This document shows positions 45,301 to 57,300 of a DNA stretch of 64,000 nt, one piece after another. This DNA is from Tubiluchus corallicola. Taxonomy: Eukaryota > Animalia > Priapulida. How positions within the stretch are numbered: position 1 is the stretch's first letter; the number at the start of each line of letters is the position of its first letter. The notes under the pieces are model-generated. The model did no database searches and was not told the DNA's origin. It worked only from the letters and a program-made list of their open reading frames with translations. Position numbers and translations under genes: made by a program. The DNA is taken from the NCBI GenBank assembly GCA_030141605.1, contig JAQGDQ010000094.1, positions 310,001-374,000 on the forward strand, read 5' to 3'.

Positions 45301-48300
45301 TACCTAATAAGCAGAGTGTGAAGTCCCACAACATATAGCTGGACAGTGTAATTGCTAACAAGTTAAACTTACTATGTATAATGACGTGCGTGGCTCACCA
45401 CATCTACAGTTCCGCATTACAAATTTAAACGAAAAAAATGGAAAGTTCTCTAAAAATAAGTATCATATGACAAAATATAATTTTCAGGTAGTTTTTCTGA
45501 ATTATTAAAAGTACTTTTTCTTGCCCCTGAAAGGCAACTAATCGATTAGTCATTCTGAAAATTGAAAAAGTCGCACCTCTTCGCCGTCTTGATTCTGCTA
45601 TCTCTTCACAAGCTTTTTCGAACTCTGGATTGAGTTCAGCATCCATGACAGAATAAGCTTGATCGCGAAGAGCGCATGCTCTATGCCGTATCTTACGATC
45701 TAAACAAACAAACTTGTCATCGTAATGATCTAATCATCGTAGAAATACACCATTGCAAAGATAAACTAGCTTAAAATTGTTATGTAGTAAGAGGATGAAG
45801 GCAATAGCAGAGTAGTCGCAGTGTGTGCTTAGCAAGTGAACTAAGCCTAGTCAGTAAATAGACTGTCTAGAAAACTTTCAGTGGTTAATTTCACCTGCCA
45901 GATTGACTCTCTCTATTTACCTTGATGAGGAGGCAAAGAGGGAACAAAATGCCACTGCCAGTTCATAATCTGATCTTAGAGGATCATCCTTGATGAGATA
46001 GGCTCCAGTTCTGCCACAACAATATGCACTAAAGGCACTTTTCAACTGGCTTCTCACTCATGTATTGTACTCTGAAGATTACGAAATAAATAAATAAATT
46101 AATTAATTAAGTAGACCATGTTGTTCAGTGCTGGACGGTATTGTTTGCAGAAAACTAGTGTGCAAAAAAAATTATGGTAGTGGCAGAAGTTTAACTGGTA
46201 GCTAGATCGTATTAATGAGATGACTGTATCTGTAAAAACAAACATGATCTCCTCATTACCTGTTGGAGCTCTATCTGGATTATACAGTAGTGCATTTTTA
46301 CAAATCAGATCAATATCATCCATGAACTGTTTAACTGTTTCATATTGATGTAGGTCAATTTTTTCCATCATTGTCTGCAGATCCATTGGGTTGTCTATAA
46401 CTTCTGCATAATCAGTAACCTGAACAATGGAATAGATTAAAGTGTTATTGTTAGAGATCCTGCATTAAAAATGTATAGTAATGATGCGTTGAAGACTGTA
46501 AGAGAGTCAGACTTGCTTGACAGTGCAGGAAATCAAACTAGAATTTATTGATAGGTAATAGATCTAAGGCAGCCCAACAACCTTGCAAAACAAGTTTCAA
46601 AAACGTGTTACCACCAAAAATGCTTACTTCATTGATGTCTACTGGCTTATAGAATATTTGAAATGTTCGATCACTAGCAAGCTTGTTGACCACGTCTCGC
46701 AGAAAGTTGCGGAGTTCCCTGACTGTTGTTTCTTCCTGCTGACGTAATTTCTTCAGTTCACTTTCTGTCAACTTCTTTGGCTCTGGTGGCAGGGCTATAG
46801 GCAACGCCTCCAAAGCGCGCTTTGCTACAACAATATTTTCAGTTTATGAGTAATAATATTTAATGAATCAATGAGACATGCTGACACAATCAATGAGACA
46901 CATTACTGAGCATAAAAAACACATTTCTCAGGCTTTTAAATTTTTATGATAAGTAGCGCCAAAAAACATAATAAGCACATACTTGATAACACAGAATGTG
47001 CAAAACGCTGGAAAGGGTTACAACACTTGCGTTGATGCACCTGCAAAAGCAAAGTTGAAAGAAAGACTGTCTTATCAGTAAACCTACCAGCTAAGGTTTT
47101 TCGTGGGGGAGGCTGAGCTACTTGGACTAGAAAGATATTAGTAAAAAATGCCCTCCTCTCAGCAGCTGATGGTGCAGTAATGTGAACAACCTCCTTCCTT
47201 TCATTATCAAAAAGATTGTAAACCTAAAATAGTAGAAGAAGGTCAATCAATTTAAGTTCTGTACTTCTGTCTGCAGTAATGCCGTTATCACAATCCTGTG
47301 ACTCATCCTAGTATTGAAATAACATTACTTAACAGACTAGAGCAAAATTCTTGAAAAATATGTTAGACTTAGGAAAAACTGGCTGTTTCAGTAACATCAG
47401 AATTTACTCACACTTAAAGTCAAGATAAACATGACACGTGGCATAAGCAAGCTGTCATCTTAACGACCAGTGAAACCCAGCTAACTCAGTACTTTATAAA
47501 GTAGCACAAAAGAAACCATAGCAGATATAAAAAGAGTACTGTTTGTTTAACAAGTTTGACATGGTTAAGTGTGACAACGTTTAAGGAAAGTTCACTTTAG
47601 TTCCCTTAAAATGAAGTTACTTTGAAGCAACAGAAATGTTGTGTGTGTGTGTGTGTGTGTGCGTGTGTGCGTGCGTGCATGTGCGTGTTACAACAGTTTA
47701 CTCGCTTAAGCAACAATGTACAAACGGTAAGTCATTGGAAATAGTTACAAAAATGACCAAAGAGAATTAAACTAAACTTCTGGTAAGACTTCATTTTCAT
47801 TTTAACTATGCAGTCTTGAAAACATCATAAATGCACTTACTGGGCAGACAAGATGTGAGACAGATAAATGAAAAACAGCAGCATTTAATAAACTTTTTAT
47901 AGGATCTGACACAAAAATCAATAAATTTAACCTCATCGGGCAAATCCTCATCTGATTCGGTAGTGGCAAAAAATAGGACTGGTGCACTGGGCCCAATATC
48001 TGCTAACATTAGCAAGAAGCTGGCACGTAACGTATCTGAAAGAACACTCCACCACTTGTCAATTCGGGGTGTGTACAGAATACACGGACACGTGCGCCGT
48101 GCCTCTCGAAACACCTGTAAATAAAGCATATAATTTATTACTTGCATTTCAAATTTATTTGCGAGCATGTGAATTTACAATCAGAACTATAATTTGTCAC
48201 AGATAAGATTAATTGTCACTCAGTTTACTACCATCGCTTTACATCTTTTAGATAGATAAATAAAAATGAAAATAGCTACTGCACAGAAAAGGGAAAAAAG

Positions 48301-51300
48301 CTAGTTAAATAATGCAAGCTAATAAACTATATTTGAAATGCCACATAGCAGTTTTCATATTTTAGTCAGTAAAAAACATACATTTTGGTAGTACATCTTT
48401 AATGTAACAAAATAAATCACAGAGTTTAAATTTGGGGTTAGGTCTCATATTGGTGGGGAGTAAAAAACAATCTACAATGCTAGTCTAGTATGCACTTTAG
48501 TCTCCCAGCTAAAAAAATTTCAAATTTTCATTCTGTAGGTGAGTACAACCTCATGCAAAAAAACAAAGTGATAAATTTTTAGCAATAGATAGATACTTGT
48601 GTACAATTTTCCTCTGGCGTGCTTGCACTCGTGCCATACAATGTGGACAAGTCAATACGATGTACAGGTATCTGCTCTAGTTGATGCAGAACAGCAGGTG
48701 CCAGGTGAGTACAATGACCTTGACCTGAATGACCTGTTAGCAACAACCGAGGCTGATGTGTTAGAGAATACCTTCAAAAAGACAAGATCACAGATAACGT
48801 ATAAAAAACAAAAGAGAGACGAAAAACAGGATACACACCTTAACATCATGTCACTAAAACGTGCCTTACATTTTACCTTTACAGGTTTTCATTCCAAAAC
48901 TTTTATCATTCAACTAAAATGGTGCGTTGAAGTATATGACTATCAGCAATAAATTTTGCTATGATAGACTTACTTAGCGAATGAAGGTTGTAATAATGGT
49001 CCATTCTGGGTTGTCATGTCAGAAACACCATCGTAAATATTAACATGAGCGTCAGTATCATCGTCCATTAGATCAATAACAGCATTTTCTGCAATAAAAA
49101 ACTACATGTCTAATCAATGCACTGCAGCTCTAAAAATATGTTAAATTAGTTCTACTTTAACATTCTAAGATGAAACAATAAACTGGCAAAGGCATCTGGA
49201 CCCATCTCCTCAACAAGATAAACATCTAAAACAGCAAAGCAGATGAAACCAACAGAAGCAGTTTCGCAGCAGTTACCTATTCATTCAGCAGTAACCAGGC
49301 TCAGTGTTGATTAATTTATGCAGCAATTCACACACCATGACAATTCACCTATTTTCACAATAGCAGGGGTTGATGACAATACTTTGCAAAAATGATGAAC
49401 ACTAGCATTTTGTTAAATTACTATAAAAAAAAAGTTACAAAACTTGTAGAAAAGTAAGTTTATCAGTTTTTAAAAGTTAAAAGAGATCTATTGTGTTGTG
49501 TTTATGAATAGCCAAGTCACAAACAATTTACACATTTATTAAATGTGGATTAAACAAAAAACTATTCAATATTACATAGGCTGGTACAATTCAAAACAAT
49601 AAAAAAACTTGCACTTGCACAGTTTATTACTAGACTGACCGTCAGTAACGTGAATTGTGTTCATTTGTGATACGGCTACAGGAAATGACAAATAGAGTTG
49701 CTTCAGCACTTTCTGTAAAGAGGTCTGGAACAGAGGTGCCATGACAGGCGATAGAGCATGACCCGGAGAAGCATTTGACCTCTGAGACGACGGTACAATC
49801 ATCTAAAGTAAAAGTTTCATATTAAATTAGTTAGCTGAACTTAACTTTGAAGTTAACTTTCATCACTATCACAAACTACTATTACTTGCATTGCGATATC
49901 TAGGTATTATGGAAAACTGTCTATTAAAAAAAACAATCTATCAATCTATAGCCTACTCATCAACTACTGTGCTTCTAAGGGAAAAGGTTTTTCCATTTCT
50001 CACTTTTAGTAAAGATTTTAAATGTTACAAGATAAAAAAAATTGTGTTACAGTATTTTCTTTTTGGTGCACACAAAAACGTTTAGCATTTATTTTGTGTG
50101 CCGCAGATTAAATTTTATTCCAAAAAGTAGCAAATTTTCAACGATTCATTCACAGATTTCCCATATTGCAGCAGCCATAAATTATTGCAATGAAAAGGTA
50201 AGCTTACCTGTATTAGACACTAACTTATTGTAAAGATTTATGTAAACAAAAAATGCATAATAAAGTCACTAATGTCGTTCCGTAAAATGTACAATGGATT
50301 AATATACTAATAATTTTTTTATTTCGTTACGAGTGTTTGGGCTCATAAGACGAGACATGCATTGCATTACAAGAATGTATGCATTTTGTTGCAGCATATG
50401 ACATGTGTTCTTGTAGTGCTGATAAAATAACAAGGCATATATTGCAGCAGTGTATGGACTTAGTAACATCATGCTGGTGCATATATGCTTATGATTCTCA
50501 TGTATACTTATGAGATACTTATGATACCTATGATACTTATGTGTCTACACTTTACGACACCATGTACAAAATAGGAAGCTCTACTTCCTAATGTTACATC
50601 ACCAAGAAATGGGTTGAAAAGTCACCCTTTATCACCTTAATGGTATTATGTTTTACAAACACAACTAACATAGTGGGAAAAGCAGAGAAATAGAGATATT
50701 GCAAATGATATAGTTAAATTTTTAACCAAGATACACAGAGCAATTTAAGTTTATTTGTAGCAGAAAGTAATAGCGATCTAGAAAAGATCTATATGAAAAG
50801 ATATAAAGGTACATTAGGTCTATTTGGAAAGTATAAAAAAGATCGGTATCCATATTTTATAGTGTAGCTAGTTTGTAGTAAATTACTCTGATTATGTGGC
50901 TAAACTTATTGCACTAGCTGCACTAGCTGATGAAAATGCCCATGCAGTCGAAATTGATTTTCGTACTAAGTAAAGCAATTTTCACAGATAAAGAGAAAAA
51001 GAAAAAACAACTAAATGATTTTGCCAACTTTAATTCATTTTGAGTTGAAACACATAATAAAATACCTGCATGGCATCAAAAAAATTCTTCGCAGTGATTT
51101 GTATGGAGGTTACATCTAGCTGAAGTTTCTCCTTAGAGAAATATATCTGTGGATATCGTCCTCTCAATGCAAAAAGAAATGCTTCAGTGCACAATGCTTT
51201 CAGATCAGCACCACAGTAGCCTGAATAGAACACAAACTGCTATTAGACCAGTATTGATAAAATAAATAGCTTATTGAATAGCAAGCACTTAAAGTTGATT

Positions 51301-54300
51301 GCAAAAATTAACTATTACTTTTATTAAACATTTATACTTAATAGTTTCTAATAATATTAAATAAAAACACTCCTGAACAATGAATTAAAAGCTGACGTCT
51401 CAGCATGAAATTATCCGTTAAAATCCCAGAATGTTTCACAAAGTTTCTTTTGTATCATAAGACTTAAATCAAATAAAAGCTGAATGAGTTAAAATTGAAA
51501 AACCTTTTCAATTTCTGGGTAATATAATATAACATAATTTACATAGCTGGGATACACTTGTGAAATTTAGTTAAACATTACCTGAATATTATTAGTGGTC
51601 TTCTAAAATACACACTTAAAACTCATTATTTGGAAGAATAAGTAAGAAATAAAACCAATAAATATTTAAAATAAAAACCATAACAAAGAGGCTTGCATTT
51701 AAAAATGGCTAAGAAATACCTAGTGACTGCATACTGCTGTCCTCTGTTGGTATTAAATGTATTTCGAAGACCATTAATAAAACTTGGTACTGTTGGATTG
51801 TGTATTTATTTCTCATTCTAAAATTCACAGGTGTAGAAATCCTATTTAGATTATTCTGTATATAAATTGTTTTTATCAGCCTGTTATTTATAAAATTTAT
51901 TCAATTTTAACTCCTTTAATTTTAATCTAATTTTAGGCTCACAATACAAAGAGAAACAATGAGAAACGTTATGGAATTTTAATAAACAATGAATCACAAT
52001 TGCATAATACAGTCAAACCTCTTTATACTGCCCACTTTAGGACACCACCTCCCCCCACCCCAGAAAAGTTGGCGTTATAGCCAGATTGGTGCAATAGTGT
52101 ACACAGGCTAGAATCCTAAATTCTTGCTCTAAAGGTTAACGAATTAAAAGAAAATTATTAAATTTATCATTTGTGAATTAATTACTCACTCAAAATTAGT
52201 CATGTCTATTAAGAACTTTTTGTTTACATAATAAACTTGTCCTGTACTCAACTGCTGTTATGTACAATCTTTATAACATTTAATTACATATTTGAATCAA
52301 AATTAAGCAAGATTACATTCAGCCGTAAGTTTGTTTTTAATCTTCGACCAGAAGTCACCACACAGAAAGACGCAGTATTTTTAATTATACGAATGAACAA
52401 TTTCCCACGACCATCAATACATTACATTCCTCCCACATTAGATTAAAGTTCTCCTCTAATACAAATGTGCTGCGATCTATGAAGGAAAGATTTCTCTTCT
52501 GCAGGAGATTTGTTGTCTACACTACAAGAGACGGGAATTTCTGTGGAACTTCGGAAAACAACTACTCTCAGAAGTTCTGCAAGTGGTGCTGGCTTATCTA
52601 TAAGAGTTCCAAGTGAACATGGGATTGGAATCTGCTCATCCAGAGACATGGAACAGTCACACTGTACATCATAACCACGTAATTTGATGTGATCTTGATG
52701 TTTCTTCCATAGAAATCCACCACAAAGTCTCATGGTAAAGGTCACTGGTCCCATTTTATTTTCTAACACTCCAGACATCCATTTAGGCTTTCCAAGAAAG
52801 TTCATGATCCAAATGCAGATATAAAAGACGGTAGGTCAACTGCTCTATTAAACATGTCTGTATGAAAAAAAGGTTAAGTCATAACTACAAATATCTTGCT
52901 GGGATTTGCTTGAATGATTCTAATGAACAAGCAAACATCACCTTCTTGCTGGTGAAAAAGAACCACGTTTTTTCTTATCAGTTGTCGTCATGACTACGTG
53001 TCAGTATGTGCCAGTACGCAGTGCATTCATTATGATTATACAATGTAAGGTACAGCTTGCAAGCAATCAAAACATGATGACATGCATTCTTTTATACAAC
53101 ATGTGATGTCTAGTTAGTGTCTACGACTCAACCGGACATGTAACAGCCTCGTACAGCAGGCATTATATCAAGAAGCCGCTGGCATTAGTTGAGACTGCTG
53201 GCAGTATTTCCTGATTGAACACATGTATTAATTTGCCGTGGGATGGAGGGTAATGGGTGGCGGTATAACGGTTATTTTTATATACAGCTGAAAACATCCA
53301 TTTTGTTCCTGGCCATTTTGCAGGCGGTACACAAGTTTGACAGCACAATGAGGTTTGACGTTCCTCAAAAGTAAGTATTCATATAATATCACATAATCAT
53401 CAATGTGTATACAAAGAAATGTAATCAAGCTATTAAATTATCATAATTTCATATAATAATAGTTGAATAATATATGTAAGTTTTTTACCAACAGTTTTTT
53501 GTGCAACTTCTTGAACAAACCAATCAGCTAATGGTGGATTCCAATTCTTGGTATGAATGTGTAAAATACTGCGACGAGCCTAAAGAAATACAGCTACTCA
53601 TGGCTATTTACAACAAACAGGTCTATATTTAGCTTTAAAAACAAGAAAACGAAGAAATATATTATATATGCTAACACTTAAATGTGTCATTATCACCATA
53701 TAGTAGGAAGATATCTCAAGTGTGTTATACTGTGCTTAGTATACGAAAATGGATAAGTAAAAATGTTAAAATTGTTATAGCACGATAAATACTTATAAAC
53801 GTACTGCAGGATTCTTAATGACGATAATTCATCATCACGCTTTATTGCATACTCAAATGCCTGAGCATGAGAAATGTTGTTATAAACCTCACGTGAAACA
53901 TTTCAACATTACAAGAGTTACTAGTATGCTGATATATGATATGATCAAATATTAGATCTACTCAGTACTTACCACTTCGGAAGGTAAGGGAAACAGAAAT
54001 TCTCTGTCGAATCGTCCTGGACGACGCAAAGCCGGATCAATCGTATCAATGCGATTTGTGGCACCAATAACGACAATCTCACCACGACAATCCAAACCGT
54101 CCATCAATGCCAGCAGCGTGGATACAATAGAACTGTGGATCTGTTCATGACGACTGGATCGTACTGGAGCTAAGCCATCAATCTCATCAAAGAATATGAT
54201 AGACGGTCTCAACTGATAAGCCTACACAAGAAACATTATTACTATGTAATGAACGTAATCAAGTATTTAACTATGGCAGAGTTGAAATATTCATAATAAC

Positions 54301-57300
54301 TAGTGCTTCTAACACCTACACAGTACACAATTAATACAGGATTAAAGAAGGTTACATTATTTTGATGTTTGAACAAAAGAGAATGTTAATAGCTGTTTTA
54401 CAGTTACAAAATAAGAAAACACTAAATGAGTAAATTGAGCACCTGGTCAAATAAAAGTCTCAGTTGCCTTTCCGATTCCCCCAACCATTTGCTGAGGCAA
54501 TCAGCTCCCTTGCGCATGAAGAATGCCACCCTCTTGTCACCAACAGAACACTCATTAGCCAATGCTCGTGCAACCAGTGTCTTGCCTGTACCTGTTATTA
54601 TTAATAAATAATGAACTTGTAAAGAAATTTCAATTTTTGTTGCTTGTTTTGCATTTGTAGTCTGCAGTTTTGATACATTATCACTTATAGAACATAGGAA
54701 TCATGCTGTGATGACAGAACTTTCCACTATTATCTGAAGTCAGTGTGCAGACAAAATGTGCAGTTTTGCATTGAATATAATAGCAATTATAGTAATCGAG
54801 AATACTTCATTAGCAAACGCGAAGCATATTAATAGGCACAAGCAAAAACTAAGTATCTGATAGCTAAAATTTTAAATAATTCTTTCCTAGTATGGTTGAT
54901 CAATCAAGTTTTCTAACACCTTGAAACACATACATAAGCATACCTGGAGGTCCGTGGAACAATACTCCCCTTGGTGGTGTAATCTTATAGCGTTCAAAAG
55001 CTTCAGGATACATGAGAGGAAAAACAATCATCTCTTTAAGCTTACGTATGTGTTTGCCAAGACCACCAACACTGTCAAATGTCACCTAATTACAAAACAC
55101 TTTTAAGTTCAAATAAATTCAACTTAAACTCACAGGAAACTCAAATGTGAAGCAGATGACATTTATGCATAAAAATAAGTACAGTGCTCAAGAACATGAC
55201 TCACCGTTCTATCTACATCCATAGGATCAATATCAGCTAGGCTTGAACCGATTTTCACACGATCATGGAGCAAGGCATTTTTTGAAACATCATCAGCACG
55301 GAGATTCATGGGCAAAAGCCTAGAAAAAATTGTGTACAGGCTTAATGAATCTAATTAAGAAATTACACTCAATGAAAAACAATCTGAAGCTTGCTAAATA
55401 TTCTTAACACTAAATCAATGAAAAAATAGATAGAAACAACTACAAAATAAACATCAACATACACAGTCTCATCTGTTTTGATTTTATTTTTGGACAGACA
55501 CACAGACAGATATGATGATTAAATGCTCAACTCAGACTCAGACTTCTGGGTCCTGCCAAAGTAAAGTGAGTAAAATGACGTAACTGCAAAATTTTATTTT
55601 CAGTAAATTGAATTTAATGTCAATCGACATGATAGCATACATTATGCAACCCGCGGCAATAGCTTTTAGGCCAACGTACTTGTAATTGAAGTACTTTTTT
55701 CTTTGTACAAGTGCGATATTGAAATGAGCTTATGTAAAGGCAGGATATCAGTTAGTGGCAACGTCGCTTTGCCACTAAAACTCTGTTATTAGTAATGGCA
55801 CTGTTATAGCGAATAGGCAAAGTAACTATTTGCTTTAGAGTTTTATCCAAGAAATACAGAGCAGGCACAGTTGCAAACATTATTTTGTATAAAGAATCTT
55901 GATTGTTTATCATTTGAACCTTCCACAAAAATTTGTACTTGTTTTAAGGCACATTAAATAGATCATAAAGAGCTTATAACATCTTCATCTAGCTAATTAA
56001 TAAACAAAAATTTGTGTTCAAATCAGTGGCGCAAGTTGGCATTCTAAAGCTAAAATTATAAGTCTATTATACAAAATTACAACATGCTACTTATACTAAT
56101 TGTGCCTTAACTATTATACTTACATCTTACAGCACTAACAGGAGTTTAACATGAGTTATAAATGAAACTATATTAATATATATTTCATTATATAAAACAG
56201 ATCAGTTCTTTATAATCCATTAAACTAGAAATATACGTTTTATGCAAACACGAGCATCATTTGAGTCCAAAAAAGGAAAATTTTATAATGTTAATGACCG
56301 ACTTTAATTAATGTTTTAGTTTGTCAGAACGAAGTCAGTCGAAGCACGATTTATAAGCGGCTTTAGTCAAAAAGTTTTACTGTGATTATCAGGCAGCCCG
56401 GTGCCTAGAAAGTCCAGTTATTCTGTCTCACACTGCAGTCACTTTTTCAACCCAAAAGTATTTATTTGGCAGGATGTGATTCGTTAGGATGTCACTAGTT
56501 CAAAACAGAAACATTGTAGTAATGCATTATTAACTAGAGCTGTTTATTTAATTAATTTTACAATAAAATTTAATCCAATTGAAAAAGTAGCAATTCGTTA
56601 ATTAATATCTCAGTTTTGGATATACGATGCTCGCTGTCACACCCCTTGTTTGAATTTGTTAACAGAGCCCACTGCATCTTTCTTAACAATCGGCTGTGAT
56701 GAATGATGCAAAATCTTATGGAAAGTTATACAACTGTTGTGCCAGTGGAGCGTCACTGAACATAAGTATGCAAAATCAGGAGAGACAAAATTTTGGCAAG
56801 ACTTTGCTTATATGATTGTTATTTTATCTCTAGGAAGCACCATGCATTGAATGCTAGTTCATCCACTAGCTGCTCGGATGATGGCGATAACAAAGGGACC
56901 ACATGTAGCTTTCGCTATTCTAACAAATTCAATTCAATCTCTCACATATCCACGTCTTTTTTGCAATTAACATTCAATGTGTGGGTGAACAGAATGGCAC
57001 TCTTGCGGAGGCCACTTACAATGGACTCATAAAAGAGTGCCCAGTTTCAAGAAACTTCATTTCGATTGTTGCCACACAAACCTCTTTACTGACATAATAA
57101 AGTCTAAAGCCTAAAATAACGTCCACTGTTTTAAGAAAAATTAATATAATGTGGCTGACATAAACAATAGAATTTGTGTCATTGTAGTTTCAAGTCGGGA
57201 AGTTATGTCACAGAGTCAGGCTCCAGCAAAGTGCATATCTTGGATTACATCCTTTTGCCTTGCCTTTGGCATTGAGCGCATTTTTCAGATACACTGCTCT

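Noticed and set aside
56793-57032. 79-aa plus-strand ORF resembling ATAD2 as an antisense gene
   Set aside because: It derives from the inverted duplication; the ATAD2-like part is about 18 codons and the start is a non-ATG codon in copied intron.
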